Part shown: one piece after another, positions 1-14,223 of the stretch
Layout of the letters: each line of letters opens with the position of its first letter
How positions within the stretch are numbered: the stretch's first letter is position 1
Assembly: GCF_037042905.1 (NCBI RefSeq)
Contig: NC_087250.1
Coordinates: 14,510,001 to 14,570,000 of the forward strand
Direction: 5' to 3'
DNA: 60,000 nucleotides
DNA from: Lytechinus pictus
Lineage: Eukaryota
The notes under the pieces: generated by a model
What the model saw: only the letters and a program-made list of their open reading frames with translations
Databases searched by the model: none
What the model was told of the DNA's origin: nothing
Program-made: the position numbers and the translations under genes

Positions 1-539
1 ATATGATGATATAAGATTTAGTTTGTAATTGTTTCGCCACAGATCTATTGAAATAGTTCTGTAATATCACTATACTCTATGTTTGCTTTGATTGTTTCAA
101 TAAATACACAACTTGTATAAACGACATAAAAATGCGACAAGAATTATTCTGTAACAAATCATTTATTCCCATAGTCATTTAGAAAGGCTAATATCCAGTC
201 TGGCGAATAATGAGAAGATACTTTGGATATAGTGGCTGATTAAACAGAGGACTACGAATGAAGTGGGGAATGGTGAGACGAAAATTCAAAAAGAGAAGAA
301 ATGGATGAAGGAGAGGAAGAGGGAAGAAAATAAATTATGAAAAAAAGAAGAATGGTGGAAGAAGTAGAAATGAAGGAAAAAATGACAGGCGGTTAAATAA
401 ACGCGAATGGCGAATTTACTCGCGATAATAAAAAAAATCGAGTCATCAATAATTTGCTGTTTGCAATTGATTGCAAATGCAACCATACACCGCCCCTCCC
501 AAATACTCCCTTCGAATATAATATCCTGATTACACCATG

Positions 540-800
540 CCGAAAATGATCGATCAGAAATGACGTCATAATAAATGGTTGGATATTCTTAATGCGCGCT
601 CTCCTATTTAGGCCCGTTCTCATAGAGCTGTATGCATAATCACTGTGCAGACTACAATATATAGAAAAGGAATTCCGCATGTGCACTATGTATTTTATGA
701 TGCATGGCGTAAGCACCAGTGGCAATGCATACGCGCTTGTGAATGTTATGCGCGCGCATGCCATTCTCCATGGCAACGCGCTCAACGCAACAAGTGCATG
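540..800 (+). promoter_or_regulatory. Putative promoter of the large gene (CRE palindrome, CpG/GCGC-enriched)
   Basis: TGACGTCA at 561-568 and TGCGCGCGCATGC near 749-761, about 200-400 bp upstream of the ATG at 965. Confidence 0.3.
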
Positions 801-964
801 CAACATGAGCTGAAACAAAAAAATAAACAAAACAATTTCAATGGATTTTTCTCTGAAGAAATGGATGCTCGAGCTTTGTGTGTGTCTGTTGCTGGATTTT
901 TCTGAATCTTCGTTATTCGCCTTTTTTATCCTTTTGGGGAAATAAAGATGGATTTCTAATTAAA

Positions 965-1183
965 ATGGGCAAGGAGAGCACGCGACATAATAAGGGAAAC
1001 TCGGATGATGAGAACTGGCGAAATCAACGAAGCAGGGTGGCTTCCCCGAAGAAAGTGACAACGGGATCATCTCGAGTTTCATCCACCTCATCATTGGCGT
1101 CGTCATCATCGAGCAATGCTCGACATAGACGAGAAGGAGGAAAAGTTTCCATGTCTTCATCCACATCATCCTCAACGACATCA
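965..1183 (+). CDS. Exon 1 of an uncharacterised large disordered protein (MGKESTRHNK...SSTTS)
   Basis: ATG in AAAATGG context at 965. 73 Ser/Arg-rich codons end at TCA|GTAAGT, a consensus phase-0 donor that matches the phase-0 acceptor at 6446. Confidence 0.7.
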
Positions 1184-3947
1184 GTAAGTGATTTATTTTT
1201 TAAACTCTTGAAAGTCTTTTAGAATAAAAAGAGAGAAATGAGAGAGTTGTTGAACTCTTAATGATGGGGTGACCATAATTTGCGCACATTTTTAAAAATA
1301 ACCATGAAGTTGATTTTCAATCAAAAATTTCTCACAGTTCACACAAAATTAATCAAAATCATAAATAGGAGAGGTCTACCAGATGGAAGGCAAGATCCCA
1401 AAGTCAAATTCGCTTGACGGAATTTTAAAGTAGGTCAAGGGTTTCGCTGGAATCTTGATCTCAAAATACATGGCGATCGACTAGTGCGCGCTCGGCTGAA
1501 AAAGAGTGTCATAAAAAAGTGAAACCTTATTAATTTGCGCACGATCGTTTTGCAAAGCTTTAGAAAAGAAATCAAGCAGACAAAGGTAAGATAATATCAG
1601 ATGGAGGTTAAATGCCATAAATTCGGTTGGTATCACATTTTACTGACCACTTTGGAAACCTCTGCTTGCAAACTGGCGATTTCTTGATGCCAGTGGCATA
1701 AAGCCCCCCCCCCCCCCCCCCCCGGCGGATTTCACCGGGAAAAGAAAAAAGGGAGGGAGAAAGAAAGGGAAAGGGGAAGGAAAAGGAAAGGGAAAACGAA
1801 AAGAAAACGAAGATTTTGTTTTATGGAAAAGGTTGGAAAGCGGGAAAAGGAACTAAAGAAGAACATTTGAGAAAGAACAAATCATTCTGAAATAGGCCTA
1901 TGTAATGCAATAACATGATGGGAAATAAATTAAAAGATGACAAAGTGGCAGACAATAGCGGGAAACGAAGGTAGATTGCCTTAGCCTAGTCAAAAGCCAA
2001 ATTGGAAAACAAAGAAAAGGGACAAGAAAAAAAAATAACACGACCGGGCTGCCGAGGATTGAAAATAAAGAGCGGGGAGAAAGATGGACAGCACACAACA
2101 TTGTGCTATAAAGCTTGCTTAATTTTATGCAAATAAGCTACCGGACCGGGCTTTGCCCCAGACCCCACGCAGTAGGGGCTCTTCATCTATAACCTTCAAA
2201 TGGATCTATAACGCCCCCTGTAGGGACCCTTCTTTCAATCACTGGCGTACAGGCGTGGGGGTGTCTTGGTTCCACACCCAAGAGGAAATAAAAGAAATTA
2301 CAGGAGACAACGTATTACGAAATGAATGGAAACAATGAAATGTGTTATTTGCTGAATATAATGGAAAAATCTATCACATAATTAGAATTTAATATCCATA
2401 GGCATTTTTTTCATTTCCAGCTCGCTTTGCTCGCTGGGGACTGTTTACAAATTTTCCCACATTGCTATGTTTTGCCCCCTCAAAATATTTGGTTCATTAC
2501 GCAACTGGGTTGAATAAATGTGTTGTGTAAAAGCTATATTCTGTATATACCCGCGATTTGATTAGAAATATCGGCATTCTGCGAGGTTTAAATGGCTTTG
2601 ATATCAAGAAGTTCTGGGGGCTCCGCCCCGGACCCCAACCACATAGCAATGCCGTATATGAGTATGGAATGGTTGAACCATGGCCCCAAAAGTTCTACAA
2701 CCAAGAACAAAAAAAAGGAAGGAAAGAAAAACAAAAGAAAAGTGTGGGATATGATTTATTTACTGAATTTTGTGTCAAAGAATAATCTCAAAGTTAGATT
2801 CTTATGAAAAGGCGATTTTTTTCTCGCTCGCTTCGATCGCTCTTTAAGCAGCTTTTTAGCACATGCGCCATACTGCACCCCTCGTTTTTTTGTACTCTTC
2901 ATGCTACTGCCGCAAAGAATCCTGTTCACAGTGGCGTACAGACCACAAAAAATGAATGGAAAGAGAGAAGATTGAAATATATTATTCTCTGGATCAAAAT
3001 CTATCACAAAATTTGATTTTTGTATTTAAAATGTCAAAAAAATTCGCTCGCTCGCAACTTTTTTTTTTAAGATGAATTCTGCCCTATACGCAATATCTGA
3101 CCCTCTCAAAATAGTCGGCTAATTACACCATTACGCCTGTTCATACCATGATATGACCGGGAAATTTTTGGCTCTTGCCAAACATAACATAAGAAACGTA
3201 CAACTTAATAAAAAAATTATACTTTTGGCTTCCCATACTTAAACCACAACTTTAAACCTGAGTCTAAGTTAAACCTGACTTCAGAATACGGGCCTATGTG
3301 TTCAAACTTTGCGGACATTTCAAAAATCATTCATCAGGCTAAACTTCATTCATATAATATAACCTATTCAAATTTTATTTTTAGACAAATGAAACCTATT
3401 TAAATAATACTAACGTTATAGCTTGGGCCTACCAAATTAACGTCAAGATCGTAAACTAATAAATTGTTGACGAAAATGTGATGTAGATCTAGATTTAGGT
3501 TAAGGGGTTTCGCCGAAGAACGTTCCGAAAGAGTGTGAACTAACTTTGCGGACAAAAACTTTCTGAAGATTCAAACAAAAACAACTTGTGGACGTACATG
3601 TATAGAATCGGTCAGTATATATCACGTTTTACAGGGGCCGCGGAAGCGTAAAAATGACCATAGGATTGTAATTATTTGCATGGTCAGCCCCCCCCCCCCC
3701 CCCCCCCCACTTTGAAAAACGTTCCGCGGCCCCTGATTTTATTCACATTTTTTAACGATTTCTGTTTCCAAATTGATGTTTTCCTGATGCTTGTTAAGAA
3801 TTTCGGGTTTTTCTGAACGGGGGTAATTAAAGCGGTGACAAATTTGCCGATAGTTTGCTAATATTTTCGTGTATACTGATCTCATCCCAAAGAAGTTTAC
3901 TGTACAGGGTGATTTAGGACGGGTTGCTTCTTAATATGATGACTAGT

Positions 3948-4163
3948 GGGGCGTTGCAAGAAACTTGCGATCAATTGCAAGTCTATATTAGTTCCCGAAA
4001 TCAAGCATATGCCGTGCAATTGTAATTTTGCGATTGATTGCTAATCTGCTCCATGAAACAAGGAGTATAATCTGATTTGCTACAGTTAAAAAGTGATCAA
4101 TCAATTGTGAAATTGCAACAGAATATTTGAGATTGATTGCAAATGTTTTCTTGCAACACCCCC
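3948..4163. mobile_element. MITE (TIR GGGG.GTTGCAAGAAA)
   Basis: Inverted ends. A reverse-oriented relative lies at about 22641-22858. Confidence 0.7.
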
Positions 4164-5779
4164 TATGTCACGTTTTAAAGAAATTGAATAATTTTTTTGA
4201 TAAAATTCCGAAGTATAGACACACGCGAAGAGTTTGGACCCTGCCATAATGTCTTCATCATTCTACAATAACATTTTAAGAACGGTCTAGGAAGCATTAT
4301 AGATCACATTCAAAGATGATCCTCACAGGAGTCACCTAAGAGAAAAAGTGAGGGGAGAGATTGACTCGGAGAGAAAAGGAAAAAAGACTCGGAGTCAGAT
4401 GAAGAGAGACACAGAGAAAGCTAGAAAGGAAGAAAAGAGAAGAGCAACTTTGAGAGCGGGTAATAAAAAGGGGAAAATGTAGATCTAGTTTAAGGCTAAA
4501 AAAGGGAGAAGACAAAGATCATTAGAATACAATCCGCTTTCACCTGAGCATGCTTTGAAAACTCGGATAACAATTTGCTAGGCTTTTTTTTTCTTCTATT
4601 TCTTTCCTGGATTTGGAAAAATGAAAGGCCCAATTATAATAACCTTTGTATTTGATACACTACGTTTGGGTAGAGAAAAGCTGGGCAAACGGCACCAGTA
4701 AATTTTATGGAATTTACAGATAAGGAGCTGCTTTAATATTTAAGACGGAATCAATGTTTTCATAATGTTATCATACAAGCTGATTAAATTTACGGATATT
4801 TCATTATCTTGCAAACGAGAATACAAGTATTCGTTTGCGCTTCGTTTGTGCCGAGTCTATTATTGCTTTGTTTGAACTTTTGAACTGTGAATTCTAATGT
4901 TGAATATTTGTACAAACGTTATGCATTTTGTAAAAATAAGTTTATCATTATTCAGGTCCCCATGGAAGACCATTACTTGTTGGTGAATGGGCTTCCCTGA
5001 CAAAATATCAGAAACAAATAAATAAATAAATATATATGACGTCACAAATTCAATCTTAGATCCAACAGGAACCAAGCAGCAGAAGGATGCTTCCATTTGT
5101 AACGTTCAAATCACTTGATGGAAAGCTTTACTTGCGTTTATCTGAAGGGCAAAACAATAATGATGTCAGGATAAATAATGAAATATAAAATATTTAGGAC
5201 ATAAGCTCAATGTCAAAAGTAAATTCCCCCCAAGAACCCCATCAAATCTTTCAATGTAACAAATTGTTCAAATTTAAACCAAGCATGGAATACAGTTGTA
5301 ACTCATTATTAGGAAGCGGGGTTTTTGGATAATTTGCGACACCCGTTACTTAACGGCTGAATGATGAACCAAAAATGACGCTTTTCAAAAACTGCCAAGA
5401 AAAGTGGAAATGCGATGTAATGACTTATTTTCTGAAAGAATTACAAAAATGCTTGCCTTAACGAGTTAAGAAACACAAATTAAATACAACATACAGGCCT
5501 ACATTTCAATGTTGTTACTTCAATTTGGTAATAAATGTATGTGAAATTATTCATAGTCTTATGCATGCCTCCTAACGCCCCATGATATTGGAATCCTGAC
5601 TTATATAGCATGATTTTGAAAGAAAGGGGATGTGACAACATGGCATGTGGTAGCGCATTCCATTATCTTATCACATTGAAAATAAACATGAAATCACTCT
5701 TGCGAGAAAAAAAATACTCATATCGTCTTTATTTTGTGCTACCCAATCTTAAGCCGTAAGGACAGGCATTTCTGTCATT

Positions 5780-6176
5780 TTCACAAAACAAGGGGGTATA
5801 GGAATTAGTGTACGGTCAGTCGGTCGGTCCGCTGCAAATCTTGCGCATCGAACTATACTCCCTCAGTTTTTAACCGATTTTCATGAAACTTGGCACACAT
5901 ATTTTATGGTGTTGGGGTAAAGATGTGCAAGACATATTTTTCATATGTGTCGGAAATTTTGTTGCCATGGTAACGATATATGACAAAAATAAGGTACAAA
6001 TCTTGCAGTTCAAACTACTTCCTCGGTTTTTAACCGATTCTCATGAAATTCGGCATTGGTCTTGAGGTACATATATAATGTGTGTGTCAGAAATCATGTT
6101 GCCATGGTAATGACACATTATATGGTGAAGATTGGGTGAAAATCAGTGACGAAGAGCGAGTCGAATATCTAGTTGT
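5780..6176 (+). mobile_element. Degenerate HINE/DINE-like element
   Basis: (GTCG)n microsatellite near one end, followed by two related units (TTTTAACCGATT..CATGAAA.T..GGCA..GTTGCCATGGTAA). Confidence 0.5.
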
Positions 6177-6445
6177 AATGAAGTCATAGCAATCGTACCA
6201 TTGGCTAAGATCTGAAACCAATTAGGCCTTTGCTCCAAAATTACGACTCTCAGTCATCAAAAATTTTCTATTAGTATTATTACAATTAAACTGAACTCGA
6301 ATAAAAAGATACTTTTCATTCACATTTTCAGAAAATAAGCGATTGCTCCAAAATTGGGTAGTGAATTATTCGTAAGGTGTGAGGTGGTCTTTAGAGTGAC
6401 AAATATACAAGGAAGAATTGTTTTTATTTTCGTTTTGTCCACTAG

Positions 6446-9400
6446 GTTCACAAATCGGCATCGAAGAGTAGTCAAGAAAGCTGCGGCAGCTCTCATTGCA
6501 GAAGGAACAAACGCATGCGGACAAAGTCAGGGAAGAAGCACCATGAAGAAGAGCAAAGGAAGTCTTCTTCATCCTCAGAGAAACTCGGTGATCGACGCCG
6601 TTCACTAACCTCTGATGAATCGAGATCGAGACGGACAGGCGACGATAACAAATCAAGGCATCGGTCTGAGTCTAAAGGAACCCGGGCCGACGACGAAGGT
6701 TCATGGCGCAAGAGATCACCACCCGCAGGATCGTCTTCGACGAAGGGAGCCCATGGATCTTCACGACACCACACCAAAGACAGTAGAGAAAGTAGAGATA
6801 TGAGTGGAAGCGGGAAAACAGATCAGCAGCAAAGACATAAAACGTTAGATAAGAAATCCGTTGATCATCCCATTAAGGAAGAAGCCACTACCAGTAAGCT
6901 GGACCAAAGTGTCAAGGGATCGGAAGACATTTTCGATTTTGCATCAGATATCTTTAAGGAAGGCGAACGAAAATGCGCGAAAGGCGTCAAATCGAGTTCA
7001 GCATCCAGGACAGAAGTCAAGAAAGATGCTCGATCACATCGTTTGCTTAAGCAGACTGATGATCGGAGAAAGAAAGAGTATCTTGGATACCAGCCAACAT
7101 ATGTTCATAAGCTCTACTCTTACGGAATCGACAACAAGGGGAAGAAGGAACCGCAGAAATCTGGACCGAGCAAGAAGGATGAGGAGATGATGTTCAGGAA
7201 AAGAGCGGTGTATATGATGCACTTGGAAGAAGAGCGAAAGAGGAAAGAAAAAGCAGAGAAAGAAGCTGAAAAGAGAGGACTCTCAAAATCACTTGAAAAC
7301 AATATGAAAGATGTGAATGAAAAGCTTGAAGAAGCTTTGAAGGGGAGGACGAGCACCCCTGATTTACAGCAGATCAATGAAACTGAGAGGAGGGAGACAA
7401 TGGTTACAGAAACAACTCGTTTGCTGCAAGACATGGAAGCAGCTCTGCCGGATGATTGTGAAAGAGAGGCAGTCCCCCAAAGTGCCAAGAAGGGAAGGAG
7501 CTCAGAGGGTTGTGGCTGGACCGGTCCCGATGTACATCATTTTTCTGAAGCAATGAAGGGATGTTCTACGTCAAATAAGCATGACGGTGGTAAACCGACA
7601 AACTTCAGCAGTGGCAATCCTGATCCAGAGAGAATGGATACTTCTGCTGACCAGACCACGGCAAAGATTAACACTGAAGACGCCCAAGATGAGACGGGGG
7701 AAGAAGAAATCTGGAGCTTTGAAAATAGTTCTTCTTCGTGCGATACTTCTGATGGGAAGAAAGGATCAGCAAATATAAATACAGTAAGCAACCATTGCGA
7801 TGATATGAATGAAGTTGGTATGTCTACAGAATCTGGTGAAGGACATGCAGAAAGCCGGGCTGCAAGAGATGACAGACTGTATGAATCTAACTCGAATGAT
7901 GCAAAAAGGGAAGGAGAGTCACATGGAAGACACAACGGTCTTCCTCCAGTGATATCCAATCTTCATCAGAAGGATAACGGGAGGGTTTTAGCTGCATCGC
8001 GGAAGGAACATGTCATTCGCATTTCCCCTGAAACTGTTTGCAGTAAGATTCAATTGTCAATGACTGACAAAGAGAAAACCGTGAATACACAGCAATTGGA
8101 GCAGAGTGATTTAGTGCGTGAATGTCCTGATACTTTAGCGGCAGAGATTGCAGATGTGCAGGAAGCTGGTGTAAAGAAGTTATTAACCGGAATTGCAGAA
8201 TGCAAAAAGGAAATGATGCCACAGAAAGGTCAACTTGATGTACCAATATCGCGTGTTGAAACACTCCATAGTGGGCCCCATGATATTCCTGGTGTATGCA
8301 AGAAAATAGAGCCGGGGATTCCCTTTGAAACCGAAGTCACTATATTTGATCCTTCAGAGTTTCCCGCTTCAACAAAAGACATTTCCAGCGTGACACATGC
8401 TAATAAAGTCGACATAAGTATGTCATCATCGGGACATACAGAAACGGAAGCAAAGGAGAACGTGCATCAGACTACGGATCCTGAAATACCATTGACAAAA
8501 TCAAACTCTGTGCCTAGACGTTATGGTACTCCTATGCAATTGCAGAGAACGGATCCAGTGGATATATTGCAAAGTGATGCGATCGCCTCTAGCCATTCTT
8601 CGTCTACAAAATTGGCACCAAGTCAACAATATACCCGAATTGCACCTGCCAAGACAGTCAAAGCGACACCGACATATGTTCTATCCCCTGCACCAGGTTA
8701 TGTCCAACTCACGCCACAACAGACTTTAATTATGACGTCGTCTGCTAACGTTACACCAACAAGGAATGTGTTACATGTGATTGGAAATAAAAATCAAGGT
8801 ATGATTCAGACGATTGAAAATAACAGTGTCTGTCTACAAAGGCAACCAAGACCCATAGATGTGAAAGGACCAACGATGCAGATTCCTCATGGAGATGGAT
8901 CTGTTGTCAGTCAGGTAAATAATGCTGCTTGTCTATCAGTTCCCCCTTTGGTCGTTTTGCCAAACAACGTCCTTCATGGGGTCAAAGGCCAACAAGGACA
9001 AAATATGAACTTTGTCGGTTATGACTTTATTGGTACTCAAATTGCAGGTAGAACTGCTTCTAAATCGGATTATCAACGCGACATGGATCGAACGATGTGC
9101 CTTGATCAAAGACGCAACACAAGCAGTCAAGCTCAAAAAGAAGTTTTCATGTTAGGAACCGATGGAGGAACCCAATCGACGAAGTTAGTACATACTGAAA
9201 CAGCAGCTTTGTCCTCCACGCCACAAGGGCTGCTGGGATACATCAATGTTCCGGTGATCAAAGACGACCAAGGACGTTTGGTGATGATTCTTCCTAATGA
9301 GAAAGGAATCATGGGATCGAACCAGGCAAAAACATTTGAAGTTGGTAATGTGTCTTCAAATCAGACTAAGATGGGCTCAAATGTACCAATGGTTGATCAG

Positions 9401-12400
9401 GTTTCTAAACAAGTACAGCAAGCCTTTTCAACGAATGTGTCGATTGAAACATCCAGACTCCAACAGCCTTCCATATTGCGGCAGGATCAGGACATGGCTC
9501 ATACCACAGCGCAATTACAAAAGAACGCTAGGACCTTGGTTCCTCGTACTTCACTTGTAACCTCAAATGAGGGAACTTCCAAGTCTACAATTGCAGAAAT
9601 ACGGGCAGCAAGCACATCATCTGTCACTTCAAATGCTAATGTCTCTGAAGATAGTAAGCAGAAGATTGATGACAGTCACGGCAAGAGCTCATCCATTAAG
9701 CCCAAAGATACTCTAGAAAAGGGTGAAGAATGTAAAAAAGACCATGGATCACTCAATAGTAAGAGTGTTGATGAGTTACGAGTTCGTCAGAAAGCCGTTA
9801 CTTCTAAACTCAAAGAACTGAGGAGTGTTAGAGTATTGATTGCCAAACATGGTCGAATGGAAGAAATAGAATGCGTTAGGATGGTAGAACGATTGAAACA
9901 AGTCGAAGATCTCTTCTTTCGGCAACTGATTGCTACTTCAAAGGAACTTGATGATAGGCTGAGTAATGCGCAGCAAGGTGTCAAAAGAGATGCCAAAGTG
10001 GTATCTACATATAACTCTGTAAAGGGTAAAGGAGTTAGAGAATCAAATTTGACAGATTCAAATATGCCATCTTCGGGGAGTGTCGCCAACAAGATGAAAC
10101 GATCCGATGAGACTGTTGATAAATTACTCAACACCGCTAATCTCCTACGCAATTGTATTAACGCAATGGCAAAGAAGAGACATGGAAGACCTGAAAGGAT
10201 AAATGAAAACACTTCCATTCAGAACGGAGAATTACGCTGTGATGCAGGACGATGTCAAAAAGCTGCAGAGGCCAAGAATAAATCAAAAGGAAATGGAATG
10301 GAAGAGCGGAATTCAGAAACACTGAAGGACCATGAGACCCCACATGGAAGTTCAACCACGACGGTGTCGACGGACCTAGGGTGTGACTTGAGTAACGGGT
10401 CACCCGAAGGAGAGCAGTACCACTTACAGCCACCTGATACAAATGCAGAAGCCTCAACCGAAAAGATTGTTCTGAGATTGCAAAGGGTGCGGAACAGAGA
10501 AGATTCCTCCTCAGCATCAGTGGAGGGCATCCAAAGTAAACACTCACCCCACAGTAACGGTATCAGAAAGGAGGTAGACACATTACTGTTGCAAGAAAAG
10601 TCCTGCAATTCACTTGGGTGCTACATGAGGAACGTGAATAAAGCAGATTCCAGTGGAAACTTTCATAATGAGAGTAATAGTCCTGAAACTAATAGGAAAG
10701 TCAACAGAAGCAAAAAACCAACTGAGGTCATGACGTCAGAAAGTAAGTTCGGATGTTCTAAAGAATCATCAAATAGCAGCGGAAAATATGTTACGAGCAA
10801 AACATGCAACAGAGATGACACTAGCACTGGATCAAGAAACGAGGCACAGAAGGGCTCCCAGATAGAAAAGAAACATGCCGTATTCACTGGACCAACGAAG
10901 GAGCAAGTCCAAGAAGAAGATAGGCGAGAAAGAGAAATGGTTAAAGAAGCGTGGAATCGGGTGTTTCCAAGGTCTTCTGTGAAAGATCCTTGCAGCAATT
11001 ACATAGAGAGCTCCAGTTCAAGTGAAAGTGAGCAACACACTAGTTGTACAAGTGAAAAGGGAGAAAAACTTCGAAATACTGGTAAGGACATACATAGGCA
11101 GATAAAGCATGTTTATGGAAATCCAGTTATCCGAGGAAACCTCGCAAGTATTGGTAACATCAATGTCACCAGGCAGGTTGGGGGAAGTTCAGAAACGAAG
11201 TTTCAGTGGCTGCTAAAGCAACTACAGAAGAAAAGGAACGGAGGGTCACAGGTGAAACAGAAGAATCAGCTAAGAATGCAGATGCCTTTCGATACAAACA
11301 GTGAAGATGGCAGAGAATATGTATCTATGGTTTCAAGAGGTGTTCAAACTCGCAAAAGTAGAATCACCAGCAATGACACCGGAATCGGCTCCCGTAAAGA
11401 ATTCATGACAGGTCAGGTAAAGGTAGATGAAAATAAAGAAAATTCTCTTCCTACTTGCCTCTCTCATTTTAACCATAATTCTTCGTCGGACAATCAGAAC
11501 TGCCAGACGAAAAAAAGAGGACGGGAATCGACAGGAAGTAGCGGGAAACCACTTGAGAAACTACCTCGGATACGATCACCCACACTCAACGTCGAATCAA
11601 AAGGGGAGATTAATCAGATGGATGATATACAAGATCTGATCTCCTTGCGAGAAGAAGTCTTATCACGTCAATCCAGTTCTAGTGAGGGCACTGTTGAGTA
11701 TTGCGACAACTTGATATCTGTAGAGGAAAACTTCCGACAGCTCAAGCCTGTGGAAAAAGAGAAGAAAAAGTTTCGGAGCACTGGGACAATGACAGCCCCA
11801 ACAACGGGAGACAAGTCGTTTATGAAGCCAAGTAAAGCCAGCAGTAGTCGCAAGTTTGCAACTAAGACACGCGGTCATGGAACTTATGGCTGGTGCAAGA
11901 AAAGAGTCGTACGGAAGATTTCAAAGTCTAAAGGAAAAAAGGGAACCAAAGTGTCAACAGCTAAAGGCAAAGTTAAATCAAAGGTGGCATCTTCCAAGAA
12001 GAATGATTTTGTTCTTATATCAGATGATTCGTTAGAAGGGCAGTCAGAAGAGGAAAGTCCAGAGAAGGAAATAATCCCCCAAAAGACAAGAAGGAATACT
12101 CTCGCGTCATTATCTGCCCGACTTTGGGACGAGTGTTACTGGTCTACGATAAATGACACTAGTAATCACGATGTAAGTGCGGCAAAGAGTATCCTGCCAT
12201 CTAATAACAGTCCTCCTACAACTAGAAAAACAGGATTGGAATCGAAGATGCTAGGACTATGGAGTGATCTTCTGAGATACTCTGGGAATCGCCACGATGT
12301 TGACACTTTACCCGTTACTTTAGAAGACCTTGACAAGCTGGATCTACCACCAGCAATTGCCAGTTCCATGAAGATACTTCTTGAAGGATATGATATGGTG

Positions 12401-12905
12401 AAGCAGGGATCAAGTCTTACCAATGAAGACTCAAAATCAAGCATTGACCCTCAGGTCGAATCAATCCTCAATGAAAACAACTCTGCTGTAATACTTCAGA
12501 TGACGAACAACGAGTCACCCTTCGAAGAAGAAGGAAGAACAGATGATAAAGAAAGCACAACTGACACCTCACCAAGCTATGACGAAGAGAGTCATGTATC
12601 TTCAAGCACTTGGGAAGCATCGGTGAGCACTGAATTCTCATTAGAAACCTTGACGTCACATAGCGCAAACACAGTTGGATCTGGTCCCTCCTACCACTCT
12701 TCCTCGACGACAGCATCTCCACCATCCCTAAGCACTGAAGATGGATATATCCCAGCGGAAGAACCTGAGAGAAACCTTAGACGGTGGCCCACGAGGATGG
12801 AACTTGCATCAGCGAATTACCTTACTGACGCAATCTCCCCTGACATTTCAGCAGATGTCATGAACAGGAACGACCCACACGATGAAGGGGACAGTGGGCG
12901 ATCGG
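6446..12905 (+). CDS. Exon 2 (6460 nt) of the uncharacterised ~2503-aa protein, Ser/Lys/Glu-rich and low complexity
   Basis: Polypyrimidine tract plus ACTAG|GTT acceptor, in frame with the 2136-codon ORF 6515-12925. Donor TCG G|GTAAAT at 12905/12906 (phase 1). No domain recognised. Confidence 0.85.
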
Positions 12906-13390
12906 GTAAATATTATATTTGTTAACGTGTGCAAAATAAGCTGTGATCTATTTATCAAAGAATCAGCAACAATTACAGTCACTTAATTGTCAATTATATT
13001 TGTAAAATGATTAATCAAAAGGCAGTTCAAGACAACTATATTAATATGCTATGGTCCATCAGTCAAGTATGTCAGTACCTATATTAGTTGAAATGGCGTC
13101 AGAGAATGTCGGACAAGTAGTGGAATCAAAAACATGTATTCCTTTGAGTATGTTTATCAAATAAGCATATAATTCAAAAGAATCACCAAGTCAATTAAAT
13201 AAAAGATATTTACCCAGTGAAATTCATTGCTTTGTACAAAACAATGTAAACTTCGACACAGATGTTGGAGCATTTCTGAACTAAATTCTCAAGTAAACTT
13301 GGGCTAAACACATTATTCGATCTGGCCAGAGTTATGGCGTAGACCGGTAGGAGGGTATTGGCATATTTTTTTTTTCTAATCGATAACCAG

Positions 13391-14223
13391 GTAGCGAAAG
13401 GGCAGACTCTGTGGCGGTAGGAACGTCGACAGGCTGGCAGATAAGTGGCGCAGGAGACCTCAGGGAGCCAAGGATGTTAACTGCACCCAAGGCAACTGCC
13501 AGGAACAGGAGACGACAGAACAGGGTTATGAGCTGGCCAACCATAATCCATGAAGAAGAGGATCCTGATGACGACATTCCTCTGGCCAAGCTCATTGAGA
13601 TGGAGAGATTGAAGAGACTTCAACAAGAGGCTGTAGGAAATGACCATCCTCTTGAGACACTGTTGAAGGTGGCCAACAAGGACAATAATATGGAGACGAG
13701 TCCGTCCTCTCCGGAGTCGGATCTTCCAGGTCCATTCCTCCTTATTCCTTCGCGACTGAGACAAATTTCATTAGACTGCCCCGTCCCAGGGACAGCTGCT
13801 GAGGACAAGCAGCAGGATGCAGCAGTATCGAAGCGAAATGATGGCACCAAAGGTAGTGAGCGTTGCGAAACAGCGGAAGCAGATGGTCAGTGTATAGACT
13901 ATTCCAATGACATTCATTCAAGGCAACAGGAGGAACACAAAGATATGGACGAACAGAGAGATTTGAACATGTCACAGAGTTCAGTTACTTTGAAGAAATC
14001 TGGTAAATTCCTGTATGGAGACTCTAAGAAGGGCAAATCCCTGGTGAAGAAACAGAATCCTACATCGAAAGTAGTAGTGCAAGACCTCTCTTCGAATTCC
14101 AGTGAGGCTTCCAAGCCGTGTGGTAGACGGTTTGTAGTAAGTTGCTCTCCAGATACAGATGCACTGTCAAACGGGAACCACTTGTACTACAGAAACGATT
14201 CAAGTCCTGATATATTTGATTGA
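13391..14223 (+). CDS. Last coding exon of the uncharacterised large protein
   Basis: T-tract plus AACCAG|GT acceptor. Phase 1 joins the 12905 donor in frame with ORF 13411-14223, ending at TGA. Spliced total 7512 nt = 2504 codons. Confidence 0.8.

Noticed and set aside
393..905. 145-aa and 86-aa ORFs upstream of the large gene
   Set aside because: No recognisable motifs; they overlap the probable promoter and 5' UTR.
1690..3170. Poly-C runs, purine-rich tracts and CTCGCTCGC motifs as a regulatory or G-quadruplex system
   Set aside because: The pattern fits fragmented non-autonomous DNA transposons (CAGTGGCGTA-type ends), and I could not define boundaries.
4303..4482. Purine-rich stretch reading KDDPHRSHLREKVRGE..., a possible extra exon of the large gene
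   Set aside because: The acceptor is weak, and the only good donor (G|GTAATA) is phase 1, incompatible with the phase-0 acceptor at 6446. It is not needed for the model.
6493..14114. Many antisense and off-frame ORFs overlapping the large gene
   Set aside because: These are shadows of a long coding exon with biased composition.
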